Source of the DNA: the human T2T-CHM13v2.0 reference genome, Homo sapiens
Strand: one strand, 5' to 3'
Assembly: GCF_009914755.1 (NCBI RefSeq)
Contig: NC_060947.1
Length of the DNA: 64,000 bases
Below the pieces are notes generated by a model. It saw only the letters and a program-made list of their open reading frames with translations. It was not told the DNA's origin and did not search any database. The translations under genes and the position numbers were made by a program. Within the stretch, counting starts at the first letter, position 1. Each line of letters starts with the position of its first letter. Positions 16,041 to 36,961 of the stretch are shown piece by piece.

Positions 16041-16590
16041 TGAAGGTGTGAAGGATGTGCTATCCCCAAATATGCCAGATTGGTATATTGACAATTTTGA
16101 GTTGAAAACATTGGAAAAATTGTAGTTTCAGAAAGGGGTAGCTGACCTGTCTCTTTCTGCAGGCAGCAAGCCATAAGGATGCCTCTGGGAGGGGTACACT
16201 CCTAGGGCGTGAAAATAGCCCATATCACCAGAGCCCAGGAACTGGGGGCGGCAATGGACCTGTATAAATACACTTACCCAAGGAAACCTTATCTTCCACT
16301 AGTTTTACACACCCTGTGTATATATCTCCTAGTAACTGCCTCTAGCCAGATTTTCCTTGTCCTGTCCTAGCTTCTCAAATTTATCACTCTTTGTTTAAAA
16401 AGTAGGAAAGCATCTTGCTTTGACCACTTCTTCAGACTTCACTCTCTTGTGAAGATCCCCATGTACCCAGACAGCTAATCACCTTTGTATGCTTTTTCTT
16501 GCAGATGCCTGGTGTCAAGCGGCTTCTAGACGGAGCCGAAAAGCCCTCACAAGAGCTAAGGAGGGGTTGGAGGTGACCTCTCGCTTCTCT
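16041..16590 (+). mobile_element. ERV1 solo LTR, MER34/MER39-like
   Basis: TGAAGG...CCCCAAATATGCCA...TTGGTATATTGA start typical of this group; TATAAATA at about 16263. Confidence 0.65.
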
Positions 16591-16911
16591 ATTCCTGCTT
16601 TCTGCACCATGCTGCATATATGGTATAGTTATTTGGAAGCAAAACAAACGCAAAAAGGATGTAAACAACCTAAAATTGAAATCAGGGTAAAATCTTCTCC
16701 AACAGGCACTGAGTGTGCCACTGAGTCTGTTCGTGTGGGGTAGAATCAGGGAAGAGTCCTGGATAAAATAACAAATTGTGGGAATTAATGGAACAGGCTG
16801 AGATTTTATTCTCCTGAGCAATCTTATTTTTAAAATTTTTTTATGCCCATCTTTTTCCTGCAGTATCCTAAGGAATCTTTTACTGTTTTTTCTTACATTA
16901 AGAGCATTAGG

Positions 16912-17190
16912 AGCCAGGTGCAGTGGCTTGCGCCTGTAATCCCAGCACTTTGGGAGGCTAAGGTGAGAGGATCGCTTGAGCCCAGGAATTCCAGACCAGT
17001 CTGGGCAACATGGTAAAACCCTGTCTCTACAAAAAATACAAAAATTAGCTGGGCATGGTGGCGCACGCTGGTAGTCCCAACTATTTGGGAAGCTGAGGTG
17101 GGAGGATTGCCTGAGCCTGGAGGTTGAGGCTGCAGTGAGCTGTGATCACACCACTGCACTCCAGCCTGGGTGACAGAGCGAGACTCTAAG
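16912..17190 (+). mobile_element. AluJ
   Basis: Alu consensus with J-type diagnostics. Confidence 0.9.
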
Positions 17191-17303
17191 AAAAATTTAA
17201 AAAGGCCATTAGGAACAAAGAGTCCTGTACTCTGTTCCCCAAGTAGTCCCACCTTGGCTGGCTAAACAGTTAGGCGGGGTTAGGTAGTGAGCTTTTTCCT
17301 CTA

Positions 17304-18321
<1,018 letters not shown>

Positions 18322-19037
18322 AATACTTCTTTTGAGAAGTATGGCGGCTGCTCCTTATCTAACACAAACCAACAGAAGGAAAGATCACTTATTTAGTTTA
18401 GCTTCAACAAGAATTTATCATGTAGCCACCTCATGTGCTAAATCTGGGAATAAGAAGTGAGCAGGCATAGATCTTGCTTTGAGAACTGGATTTCGCTTTT
18501 CCCTCCTGGAATTCAGGAAAAATGATACAACATCCCAGGACTGGAAAGAAGCTCAGAAGTGATTTCGCCTGACCTCTTTTTCTTTCGGATGAGGAAACTG
18601 AGAGACCCAGAGAGGGCAGACCATTTGTCCAAGGTCACTTCCCATAACCAAGGTGTCTTGGCTTCCGGTCCAGTATGCACTTCACTCTGCCACTGCTGGG
18701 CAGTAGGGCTTGTTTTTCAACCACCTCTGGATATTATCATTATTGATATTTATTCATTAAGCCATCCCTGTCTTCCAGGCTATATCATGTCATCTCAGGA
18801 GAACAAGAAGTTTTCAAGGTAAAGATGATGCATATTTAAAAGGCATTTATAGACCTCCAGGTTATATTTGTGAATTGAATACACACTGTAATTTTAATTC
18901 CTTCCAACCCTCCACTAACATTACAGAAAATATATACAGTCATGCATTGTTTAATGACAGGGATACATTCTGAGAAATGTGTCATTAGGCAAATTCCTCA
19001 CTGCATGAACAGCATAGAGTGTACTTACACAAACCTA

Positions 19038-19967
<930 letters not shown>

Positions 19968-20058
19968 CTACATTCACACTGCACTGAATTCATCACACAG
20001 TGTTCTTTAATATTAAATGACCTTAGCTTACTGTAACTTTATAAACTTAAATTTTTAA

Positions 20059-20408
<350 letters not shown>

Positions 20409-21511
20409 CACAAAAATATTTTCTTTACGTCCTTATTCTATAAGCTTTGATCTATTTTTTAGTTTTATTTATTTTACTTTTTAAACTTTTTTTAAAAAAT
20501 GAAAACACAAACACACACATTAGGCCTATGCAGGGCCAGGATCATCCATCACTGCTTCCACCTCCACAGCTTGTCCCACTGGAAGGTCTTCAGGGGCAGT
20601 AATGTACATGGAGCTGTCATCTCCTAAGATAACAATGCTTTCTCCTGTAATCCCTCTTGAAGAACTGGTCTGCGGCTGTTTCACAGTTAACGTTTTTTAA
20701 TAAGTAAAAGGAGTACACTCTAAATACGCAAACCAGCAACATACTTATGTATTATCAAGTATTATGTACTATACATAATTGTATGTGCTAGACCTGTACA
20801 CGACTGGCAGCGCAGGAGGTTTACTGATACTGGCATCGCCACAAACATGTGAGCAGTGCATGGTGCTACAAAGTCACTACAGCTACGATGTCACTAGGTG
20901 ACAGAAAGGTTTCAGCTCCATTATAATCTTAGGGGACCACCGCCATATATGCGGTCTGCCATTGACCAAAAAGTTATGTGGTGCATAACTGTATATATTT
21001 TTTTTTAAAAGACAAATCCTTGAGAATGAAGAAAAACAAGAAAGAAGACGACAGGAACAGAATTTCAGAAGCGGGAAAGCTGACAGATGAAAGATAAGTG
21101 ATTTAGCTGACACAAGGCAACCAATTCCCAAGTCTGCAGTGGAGAAATCCGAGAGCTGGTCAGTTACACCCAAGGCTCATCAGAAGTCCCTGGGGCCTGC
21201 TGCACTATGTGCTTCTGGAACTGGGGCCTAGAAGGGGTGTCCAAAACAAGGAAGGCTGGGGAGAAGCTATCTGAGAAGCAGTGAGCTCCCTGGACATCCG
21301 CTTCAACTACACCCAGCTTGATGACCACCTCACTCACTCTGACAGAAGACTGGAGGGTCTCTCAGAAGAGGGTAAAGGAGGAAGGGGCTCGAAGAGAGAG
21401 GGGCTGCTGATTAGCACATCTGAAGGCGTAGATACATTCCTTAAGGGAATTATAAGTAACTATATAGCTCCAGGCAACCAGGCCCTAATCCTTGAAATAG
21501 GAAATCCACTA

Positions 21512-22454
<943 letters not shown>

Positions 22455-22845
22455 TGATAGCAAAAGTGGCTAAATTGAGGGGATGGAACAAAAAGTTGAG
22501 ACAATGGCTTTCAGGACAAGACAGAAAAATGGAAAACAGAGGGAAAAAAATGATAAAGTCTTCTCTAGGAAGTCAACTTTGGAATCATAGGAACACCAGA
22601 AAGAAAGAACAGAGAAAATGTTGGGCAGGAAATGAGTCAAGAAACTTTTTAGGAAAACTTTACAGGACTGAAAAACAAATTTCCAGATTGGAAAGGCCCA
22701 GTGTGTATCCAACACAATGGATGAAAACACACCCAGATAGAGATTAAGGTGCAGCACTGAGATGTCAGAAGCCGGGAGCAGAGAAGATCCTAAACACTTT
22801 CAAAGAGAAAAACAGCTCATATTTGAAGTATCAAAAATCAGAATG

Positions 22846-23150
22846 AGCCGGGCACGGTGGCTCACGCCTGTAATCCCAGCACTTTGGGAGGCCCAAGAGG
22901 GCAGATTGCCTGAGGTCAGAAGTTCAAGACCAGCCTGGCCAACACGGTGAAACCCTGTCTCTACTAAAAATACAAAAATTAGCCGGATGTGATGGTGGGT
23001 GCCTGTAATCCCCGCTACTTGGGAGGCTGAGGCAGGAGAATCGCTTGAACCCAGGAGGCTCGCTTGAACCCAGGAGGCGGAGGTTGCAGTGAGCTGAGAT
23101 CGAGCCACTGCACTCTGGCCTGGGCGACAGAGTGATACTCTTGTCTCAAA
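22846..23150 (+). mobile_element. AluS with internal 19-bp duplication and almost no tail
   Basis: Alu consensus, TSD AATCAGAATG. Confidence 0.9.
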
Positions 23151-23172
23151 CAATCAGAATGGGTTTAATTTC

Positions 23173-23589
23173 TGATATGGTTTGAATGTCTCACTCAAAT
23201 CTCATGTTGAAATGTAATCCCCAGTGTTGGAGGTGGGGCCTGGTGGGAGGTGTTTGGATCATGGGGGTGGGTCCCTCATGAATGGCTTGGGCCATCCCCT
23301 TGGTGATAAGTGAGCTCTCACTCTGAGTTCACAAGGGATATGAGATCTGGTTGTTCAAAAGTGTGTGACCACTCTCTCTTGTTCCTACTGTCGCCATGTG
23401 AAGTGTCTGCTCCCCTTTTGTCTTCCGTCATGACTGGAAGCTTCCTGAGGCCTCCCTAGAAGCCAAGTAGATGCCAGCATCATGCTTCCTGTACAGCCGG
23501 CAGAACCCTGAGCCAATTAGACCTCTTTTCTTTATAAATTACCCAGTCTCAGGTATTTCTTTATGGCAATGCAAGAATGGGCTAATACA
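23173..23589 (+). mobile_element. MSTB-like solo LTR (MaLR)
   Basis: TGATATGGTTTG start, CTAATACA end, MST consensus motifs. Confidence 0.85.
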
Positions 23590-24271
<682 letters not shown>

Positions 24272-25343
24272 AAAAAAATGTATTTTTAATCTAGAATTCT
24301 ATACCCAGCCAAACTCTCAAATGGGTCTGGAACATTTGTAGACATTTTTAAAATGGCAAGGTTTCAACAATTTTACCCACCGTGCGCTGTTTCTCAGGAA
24401 ACTACTGCATGTCCTCTATTAAAATAAGAGTGAACCAAGAAAGAAGAGTTGGGATACAGAACACAGGAGAGCCATCCCAGGAGACAAGTCAAGGAAGCCT
24501 CCGGGGAAGATCCCAGGGTAAAAAGCACCTCAGACACTGAGGGCAACCAAGCCAGAAGGGGGCAGAGGGCAGTGCAGTTCAAAAACAAGTAAGTCGAGAG
24601 CTGTCACCACCATGCCCTCTTCCACTTCACTTTTTTTTTTTTGAAACCTACTGAAACTATTCTAGAATGTGCTCCACCAAAACAGAAGAATACATTGAGA
24701 AAGGGGAACACAGCAGATTCAGGAACCACGGAATCCAACTAAGGAGACAAGCCAGGGAAACTCCCAGGATGACACATATGCAACAGGCCTAGAGCGCAGT
24801 CAGCACAGATAGAAGGAGACTCGTGGACTCTAAGAAAGGCAGTGGAATTGAGAGATTCACCGATACGACTGAGCTTGTGGAAATTTGTATTGCGAGGCCA
24901 CTGGAAGATGTAGAAAGAAAGCAAAGCAAATGAAAAGCCAGGGTAACTTTACCTTTCGAAAAAACAGAGTAAAAATGGGAATATAAACAGAGTATACTAT
25001 AATGCTCAGTTGGAAATATTTGTGTACATACAATGATATAAAGAGTGAATACTGATTTAACTAAACTTTAACCCCTTGGTGGGTTAGGGGGAGTGAAGCA
25101 GAGGAGTGGTGATTTAAGACAGCCAGATCCTTACCCACTTAATCGAAAGTCAACAAGTACCGAATCAAGTCAATGCATGTGAAGACAGCAGTATGTACAC
25201 ATTATTTGAGAAATATGGAGATATGTACATACCAGAAGAAAGAGCTAAAAGAGTTGAAAGTGGTTACCTCTAAGTAGAAGCACGTGGGGGGCATTTTGTT
25301 GTCTTCTAGGATTCTTTGGCTTTTAAATTATGTCCCTGCATTA

Positions 25344-25622
<279 letters not shown>

Positions 25623-26135
25623 CTACACAATAGTGACCATGGGTAGCAAGCAGCACTGAGTAGGCTTAGCAGATGACAACACTGAGATATCGATATTTGC
25701 ACTCCCACTCACCCCTGAAGAGTAAGAAGAGATTTACAGAGATAATGTATGTGTGTAGAAATTTGCTGTTTGGAAAAACTTTATCCCAGGAAAAAAAAAC
25801 TACCAGTCAAGATAGTGTTTACATCTCGTCCTCCCAAGATGAACTGAATAATATGTAAGACAGCCTGAAGGATAGCAGCCGAAGTCTGGGCTTTTTGTTT
25901 TAATTTGTCATGAGTGAGCTAAGCCTTATGGAACTCCCAGCCCTAATTCCAACTACTATCTAAAAGTGAAAAACAGATCACCTCAAAACCTTATTCAGAC
26001 TGACAAATGTTATATACGTAGGGTTTCATCACTCATATCCAACCAAACCTAGATCATTCTACCACTCCTTTGAAAATTCAAGCAGTATGTTTCTGTCTTC
26101 AGAATGTATGTATTCTGTGCAAAGTCCCCATTCCT

Positions 26136-26541
<406 letters not shown>

Positions 26542-26694
26542 TCAAGGACATCATTTGCAGTTTCGGTTTTTAAACGGGCATTTTATTCATTTTAATATAT
26601 GCAAGTTTCAGAAGCCTCTTTTTTGTTTTTCCTTGTTTTTAATTATCAATCATTGTCTATATTTGAGTCTTAGGGCAATTTTATCACAATGCTA

Positions 26695-26967
<273 letters not shown>

Positions 26968-27787
26968 CTATGAATCACTGAGAGACTTTTGCACAACCAT
27001 GTGGTGCTTCTGCCAGAATCAATACATATATCACTCTGCAGATTGCCCCATATAAGCGGTCAGCCAAGACATTCAAACAAAAATTCAATAGCAAGTATGA
27101 AGTGAACGCGCACAGCATATTAAAAGCCAAATGAATCACACTGACTTCTTACTCCCAACCCAACACAAATACGACTCTATTTTACTGAACCAACCAACAG
27201 TTTGACAAAATATATTGCGCAAACTACTTTTAAACAGAACCAACCCATGTTTTTGTTTTGTTTTTTCCCCCAAAACGACTGGCCCAGAAGCAGTGATTCT
27301 CTGGGCACACTCGTTCCATTATTTATGAGTCCCTACCACGAAACACTGTCACACAGGGACAGGGGTGCTATGATGGAAGAGGTCAGGTTCCCTCTAGAAG
27401 GAATTCAATGGGGAAGCCATCCCCAGACTGGAGCAGAAGCCCTGAGTGGCCCTATCACCTTAGGCTGGGCACAGTTCCACTGAAACCTGGACGCTGGGTT
27501 TGGCAGCCTGGGGCCTGAGGTTCTGCAGGTCCAACCCCACACGCTGGGAGCGATTTGCACATACAGAAGAAAACATTCTTAAAAGGTTACACCGGGGGAG
27601 CAGAAAGCAATGGATCCCTCCCTCAGAGTTATCAGCACCAGATTGGGATTTAGTTGAAAAGGCTGAGAAACGTTTAAAGAGTCAATTGAGGCATATGTAA
27701 TGCAATAGTATCAGAGGTGCCAGAGCTTCAGCCTCAAAAGGGCTATAACCAGAATGACAGCCCGAGGGAAAGAAAAGCCTTTCTTTA

Positions 27788-28203
<416 letters not shown>

Positions 28204-28658
28204 TTAATTATCTTTGCAATATAATTTTTATAACACTGTGTTACATAGTTATAACTCCTATATGTAATCTATAAATCATATACTAAATTATAACTATATT
28301 AATTTTATTTATAAAGCTCTTAATGATCATGAACTGAGCAGAAGTAGCCTAGGCATTCCAGTCTCTTCTAAGGCTCTCTGAATCATCTGCCATGGTCTAT
28401 AACCAAGGGGCCCTCCTGACACCAATAAGCCCTCATCCAGCTCAGCACCAGGGCTTAGAGGCCGGGTTCTGGGTTCACACAGAGCTGCTGCACCTATTCC
28501 TCTTCTGCCAATGGCTCTCTGAGTCTACAGCTCCTTGTCTATGAAATGGGAATTCACCCCAAGTCAGAAAGTGAAGCCTCAATGAGACAACACATTGAAT
28601 ACACGGCCAGTGCTCAGTGAACTGCAGACAATTTCCTTTTTACAATGATTAGATCTCA

Positions 28659-28975
<317 letters not shown>

Positions 28976-29295
28976 ATTTTGCAAAATGGTTAATTATAGG
29001 CCTTTGGTATTCTCTCTCAGTTATGATGCCATGCACCAGGTGGTAACTGAAGCAAATTGGAGGTAAAATGTGCAAAAGTGGATGCAGATTGCTGGTATGG
29101 CACTAGTCCTGAAAGTGTATACAGCAAAACACTGGGGACAGTCTCGCGAGAAAGGCCAGGAGAAGCTTGGATCAAGGGCCACTTCAAGTCTACAGCAAAA
29201 CCTGCAAGAAGCTCTGTGGGCAGAGGGACCAACCTCAGCGGGCTCTTCAAATCGCTCAAGGCCAGGGTTAGAAATAACAGGGACTTAACTTTGGG

Positions 29296-29590
29296 GACAT
29301 CATGTGAAATGAGCCAGTCACAAAATGATAAATGTTGTATGATGCCACTTATATGAGCTATCTGGAGCAGTCAAACTCATGGAGGCAGAAAGGCTGGTGG
29401 TTGCTAGGGGCGGGAGGAGGGGGAAGTAGAGTTGCTATTAATGGGTGTACAGTTTTACTTGTTGCAAAATGAAAAGAGTTCTGGAGATTGGTTGCACAAC
29501 AATGTGAATGTACTTAACACTACTGAACTATACACTTACAAATGGTTAAGGTAATGTTATAGGTAAATTACCATAATTTTAAAAAAACGA
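29296..29590 (+). mobile_element. L1MB-type 3' end fragment
   Basis: AGTTCTGGAGATTGGTTGCACAACAATGTGAATGTACTTAACACTACTGAACT motif. Confidence 0.75.
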
Positions 29591-29637
29591 CAGTGACTTT
29601 GCTGTGGTAGGAGTGTCCCTGGGGTGAGAGGATGTGA

Positions 29638-30051
<414 letters not shown>

Positions 30052-30767
30052 CCACAGCATTCTCTTGGGGCCCTTCTGGTATATCCTAGGGGATGGAAGA
30101 AGATGAGAGAATAGACACTACAGAGAAGACCTCTGCCTTGTGACAGTAGAGGGCACAAAAATGGAAGGGGTATTCCTGGAGGGCAAGCCCTCTATCACTC
30201 AAGGTGCTTAAGCATAATACCTGGGTACGTCTTCCCTACTTGGGGCCTGTAAACCAGAAGGGGGCTCATTCCACAGAAGGTGAGGGGCCAGTGACCTACA
30301 CAGACTCATTCAGGTGCTCTGCTGTGAGGGCTCTAAGGAATTTGCCAAGTCCTGCAAATGAATCTTAAGGTGATAGCATATTCAAGTTGGTGCAAGGAGC
30401 ATTTATTGGGCACCTGCAGGATCCCAGGCAGAGTATTTTCTTCCACACCTTTTAACAGAAATATACACAGAATTCCATACATGCGTTCCAAGAAGAACAG
30501 ATGTTTCAGAGGGACTTGATGGTTCACCTCCCTATGTCCGAGGCCTCCTGGTGCCTGTAAAGCTTAAAAGATATCAGCCGAGTGCTGTTTCAGAGATGAG
30601 CCAAGTTTCACACGGGCGACTGGATTAGAGAAGTGTTACCTTCCTGCTTACTCTAAAACTGCATGCTTTTAGGTTCAACAATTAATATGAAAAATGGGAC
30701 AAGGGCAGCAAAGGACTTTAAGAAAGGTCAGTGCTACTCTTATATTTTTTAAAAAAATCACAAATTA

Positions 30768-30929
<162 letters not shown>

Positions 30930-31028
30930 CTAATTAAAATATTTCTGGCATAGAAGATTCCCGAGATAAGAAACCAAACTGCTAAGAAGCCCCTTCAGTG
31001 CTTAGTTCTGGCCATGGGAGCCATTTTA

Positions 31029-31328
<300 letters not shown>

Positions 31329-32347
31329 TTATTGCCAGGCAAGAGGCTCAGTACTCGTTTCAATCCACCCAGTCATGGGGCTGCCCTGCTCAAGATCAGA
31401 CAAATCAGTCTGCTGCCTGCCCGGGAGCTGTCGCTGTAGGGTGGAAGGGAAAGGTGCACTGCTAGATTTATTTCCAGCTCCTCAGATGGGGATTTAAGCA
31501 TCTTGCCCAACACTGCTGTCTCTGAAAGCAAATCAATAACTCCTTAATTCCTGATCCTTCCAGGGCTATGGGTTCGAAGATGCTTTCCAAGTGGGGGCAC
31601 TGTGAGCAGGTGGGAGGTGGACACTCTGTTTACCTGATTGATGGCTTTGGTTAATGTCAACTAAAGACACTGCTGCCTGATGTTGAGAACAAATCAAACT
31701 GTTCTCTTGGCCTCTGGACTAGTGCATGCTCAGCTCTGGACTGAAATTTGCTACTAAGGGAAATAGCTCACAAGCTTTCTGTGAGCAGCAGGGGCTAGGA
31801 TGAAACAGCAGCTTGACCCAAGACCCCATGACCAACCCTGTGCCCAGGTAAGCAGGGATTGTGCCCTGCACTGCCAAAGCGATCCCACTGTTGGTCTTTC
31901 TAGCTGCCCAAATGGGTGAAAAATATTTTCTATGTACTTCCACAGGACTAGTTTTCTTTGGAAACCAAAGCTCTCCAGTAAGTTCCATGAGTACATTCAG
32001 TATCCCAGTAAGCGAGGGTGTGGCCAGAAAATCAGCCTGGCTGTGTGTTACACAGAGGGTCTGATGACAGCTTGCACAAGGGTCAGAGATGATTGTGATT
32101 AGGGGCACAAGGGCTGTGAGTCAAGTGACATGTCAACAGCAAACTTCTAAAGCAGTCTGAATTTCACTAATATTCATGACTGGAAGTGATGGCACGCCTG
32201 TCTCAAAAAGCATTTACCGAGCACCTACTACGGGCAGACTTGTACTAGGCTCTTGGTATCATTTCATATGTCTCTATTTGAACCTATGCATGCAGAATTC
32301 TGTCATATTCACAGGAGAAAAGCTTACCAGACAGCAAAGAGAACTTA

Positions 32348-32560
<213 letters not shown>

Positions 32561-33165
32561 CTAAGACTGAGCTTATTTCTAGATTAGACAACCCATTTTG
32601 GGGCTTGGTTCTTCTACTGCCATCATCCTTTAAAATGGCACGAAGCTGAATATTAAAACAAATCCCGCCCCCTTCTTTTCATGAATGTATATGAACAGTA
32701 CCCAGTTGGAACTGCATGGAATAAAACTACTAAAAGGACTATAGAACATTTACTTTCGATTTACTTAGTATTGAACCATAATAGTAAACAAAGTCAGATT
32801 GTAGAAAAAGCATAGAGAACCTCCTCCCATTTTAATGTGTAAATGAGCATTTTCTGATACTAAAGGTAAACATGAGAAGCATTATCAAGACACAAATGAC
32901 TTTTCCAATTGTAAATTTTTCAAGGTGGCTCCTTATTTTACAACAGATCCGGCGAATGCTTGGCCACCTGTGACGGTGCCCACTGAACGGGTGTGAGAAC
33001 GTGCTGGTTTGCCCGTTCCTCTTCACATCGAAGCGGTGGAACCGCCTGCTTTAGTTTTTGTCCAAGTCTTTAGAACTTACGTATATCACAGTCTCCCTCA
33101 GACCCCAAATCTAGAACCGAGATGCCCCCATGCCAAAAAGGCCCAGGTAATTTCCCCAAACCTAC

Positions 33166-33300
33166 CAAGCTTGGCATATATGTGACTAAGAATCCGGCCC
33201 GGCTGGACTTGAATTGGATGAATGTCCGCGATACTCTGGACGTTCACCCCGTGTTTCCTCAATAAGTCCTTAATGTGATTGTTTTCTGCCAAAACAGTAA
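33166..33300 (-). CDS. PHKA2: PHKA2 exon 14, TVLAENN...IYAKL
   Basis: AG/GT borders, 135 nt. Confidence 0.97.
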
Positions 33301-35940
33301 CTGTGAACAAGAACACAGAATGAGCGTTAGCTCATGACTCTTGTCTCTTCACATGGACACGTGTTCCTTACTGCCCTCTTCTGCCTGGTGACATACACAT
33401 CAGCATGCTCTTCCATGCAATGACTGGCTTTGGAAATGACAGTGTTCGTCCTGCTGCTCCTCCCCATTCTGTCCTTGCCACCCCTCAACAACCTCAACGC
33501 CTATTTATCAAGTGCCTTCATTGTGCAAGATAGTCTGATAGGAGACTTCTAGAAATTGTCCTCAATAAGTCCCAAGCCAAACTGCCCCGTCTCAAGTAAT
33601 GTCTTGCCTCCCTCTGGGTCTGCATCTATTCTAAACCTGCCTGGTGTCCCTTTTTATGCAGGGTCAGGAGTGGAAACAGCTCCACTTGGGGGATGCCAGA
33701 AGCCTGTGCCCCTGCTCCCAAAGGACGGGGGAAAGAAGAGTAAGATGGGGGCGCCTGCTGGCAGGGGATGTTCTGAGGGGACATCCTTCCCTCTAGAGAA
33801 AGCAAAGTAGGTCTGTGAGTGGGGATGCTGGCGGTAGTGGAGCAGCCTGGCCCATTCAGAACCCCCGCACAGGGCCCCACCGGTGGGGAAAAAGCACCCC
33901 AGGGCTGGCCTGGGCCCCATCTCTGGTGGGAGAGGCTGGGCACCTGGCTCTCCAGCAGGCGGGGAGCTGATTGTGCCTGGGACCTGGGGGCCCATGGAGG
34001 AGGGAGGCCATCACCGGGGACAACCCGGGATCGGCTAGGCTGCACCTGCTGTACTAGTACCGCTGGCCTTTCTGAGAAGGGACAGTGCTTTGGCAAAGGG
34101 AAGGAGTACAGGGATGGGACTGGAAAAGGGGAGCACGGCCACAGGGAGAGAGGTTGGTGCCATGTCCAGCTGCGGCCGAGCCCCCTGGAAGCTGCAGAGG
34201 CTCAGGGCAGCGCAGGATTGGCTACTGTTAAGTACAATCATTGTACTCACAGGCTAGTGGGGCCGGAATGTACAATACATATACATGCAGTTGAGAGTTG
34301 AGTGTCACCTCTTTATATTTACACAGCACTTGATGCCTTTTCAAGTATTTTAATATCCATTATCTCATCTGACCTTCACAACAAGCCCCCAGGGAAGCCT
34401 TGCATGCTCAACTGGCCAGTTACAGCTGCACGTGGACTGAAACCTAATCTCCCAGGCCCTCAGCAAATGGGAACATCAGCCATGCAGGGCTGGCTAGGTG
34501 GCTTTCCTTAACACCTGTCTCTTCTAAAGCTTCCAATGACAGGCATGACTCCACATTTATCAAAACCCCAGCAGCCACTCTCTGTAGGAGTAACTCCTTT
34601 AGTGCAGTGGTTTTGGGGGAGACCTGGGAGCCTCATGATCTGTGCAGCTGGATGTGGCTAAGTTTCTGAAACTGCACTTCCCCTACTCTGTGCCTGACCT
34701 TCTGGGAATTTCTACACTGTTCTATTAAACAAATGCTGGTCAACACCCATCAAAGTGTCCCAGCCTGCAGGTGGAAAAACGGTCTTAATAGATTCAAGGG
34801 ACTAATTAGCAGGACATGCTCTGGCTTAGCGCAGGCACAATGAGTCCAGCTGGATCAGTCCACCTGGAAGTCAGGAATGGATTCACACCTACAGCTGCCA
34901 GCTGTGGGTCCTTGAGGGAGTGGGTTAACTTCTAAGCCTCGTGTGTAAGGTGGAGATGATGATCATCATCTCAAACTTTACCTAATCAGAATGCTGTGAC
35001 AGGTGTATCTCATGGCTCTATTGACTGGGTGATATCAGCTCATCTCACCACAGCATGAGCCCCCGAAGCAAAATGAGCCAGTGGCTACAGAGAAATGCTT
35101 GTCATTTGTTCAATCACTGTTTTCAACGTATGGGTGCGTATGTGCCAATCAACATAGAAACTGCAAGAATGATATAGGCCTTGTCATTAAGAAGTGTACA
35201 GTCTCAGGGGCAATATGGTGTACACACAACATGCTATGACACTAGCTGGTGTGCTCTATGGGGCACAGAGAATGTTACTGGACTGCCAGGAGGTCCTCCC
35301 TAAGAAGGAAGGTAGGAAGAGAACTGCTCCACCCGGGTGCACACCACAGGCCAGGCACTACACCAAGCGCTTTCCCACTGCAGCCTCAGTACATCTTAGG
35401 AAGCCCCAGTCAGGGAGCTCAAGTCCTGATGACCCTGAGGCACAGAAGGGTGAAATCACTTGGCTAGGCGGAGGGCAGCAGCAGCCTGGGCTGGTCTCGC
35501 CCCTCTCCAGAAGAAGGGCTGGCTGGAGAGGAGGGAGAGGAAAGGTGGACACAGGTGAAAGGCGGAAAGATGTCAGGACTCCAAGGGAGGAATGAATGAC
35601 CCTCAGTTGGGTTCTGAGTTTTCACCAGGCTTAGGCTCTATTTTTCAAAGAATAACAATGATGATAAATGACGCGCAACGAATCACTTGTGCCCCAGTTG
35701 CAATCAAGGTTTATATTCAAGACAACAATTGCTTTGTAGAAAGTCATTTTGTGGTTGGGAAGAATTCTGTTGCCTTTGGAAGCCACTGAGTTATATAAGG
35801 CATCTCACACAACTGCTACATGCTAAAGCATAGGCACATACACACTTTAAAAAAATTAAATAAGAAACTAGGCAACAATTTGAATTAAAATAACATTGGT
35901 TTTACAAAGTTAAATATGAACAGTAAACACGCTCACAAAC

Positions 35941-36019
35941 CTTGTACTACAACATCAGGTTTGACTGAAGTGGAAAATCTTCTATTTAAGGGATCGATTT
36001 CACCAGCGGCAAGGAATCC
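35941..36019 (-). CDS. PHKA2: PHKA2 exon 13, GFLAAGEIDPLNRRFS...VVVQ
   Basis: AG/GT borders, 79 nt. Confidence 0.97.
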
Positions 36020-36376
36020 CTATGAAAAGAGGAGCATTAACACTATGAAATATTGATTAACTAAAATTTCATCTTAAACTGAAGTGTGAAAATGAAATAT
36101 TTTGGGGCTCAACATATTCAAGACTTTTTTCTTTATATTTTTCGAGTCAATTGCTTATTTTCTGTGAAACAGAGTAACATCATTCAAACTGCCACTGATA
36201 AACGTATTACATTTTTGCACCTAGCTCTCTAGGGCTCGTCGAATATGCCACCATCTTGTATGAGCAAAAAGAATGATAACCAATACTTTCTGAGCTCACA
36301 GTAACATGCCAGGCATTGTGTTGAGCCACTGTATGCGCACTGTCATATTTATGCCTCCTGACAGGTAGGCACTACT

Positions 36377-36961
36377 TTTGGGGCTCAGAAAACAACACCC
36401 CCAAAACAAAGACCTCAGCAGCAGCCTCAGAAGCATAAGTTTTCCTCTGACCTTCTCCTGCCTCTCTCTCTCAGTCCATTCTTCTGGAGGCGCCACAGAA
36501 ACTAGAATTCTTCTTCCCCAAGGTGGGCATAGAAACCAGAATCCCTTTTCCCCAAAGCCAGCCACAAAACCTACAAATATTCTCTGTAAAAACTGGCCAT
36601 AAAAAATTCCCTCACCTACCTTGTTTGGCTGTAGGTCATAAGGGCCCCACTCTAGGGAGGGACCTGCCCCACACTCAGAAGGAAAGAGCGCTGCACAGAA
36701 AGGCCTCGCTGGGTTTCCCCACTTGGTCCATTAGCATTCATCAGGCCCCTTTTGTCTAATCACATTTCTACACAGCTGTCCATATTTTGTTGAAACTATG
36801 CATAAAAACAGAAAATTTCCCCTAGATCTTGGGGTATTCATTCTGAAGGCTCCCCTGTATACATGTTAAGTATATCTGCATGCCCTTTTTTCTTATTAAT
36901 CAATCTGCCTCATGTCAGTGATTTTTCATCAGACCTTTAGGAGAACACCTTGGCCCCCACG
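36377..36961 (+). mobile_element. MER39-family ERV1 solo LTR
   Basis: GGGGCTCAGAAAACAACACCCCCAAAA...CCTCAGAAGCA...CTCTGACCTTCTCCTGCC start matches remembered consensus. Confidence 0.75.
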
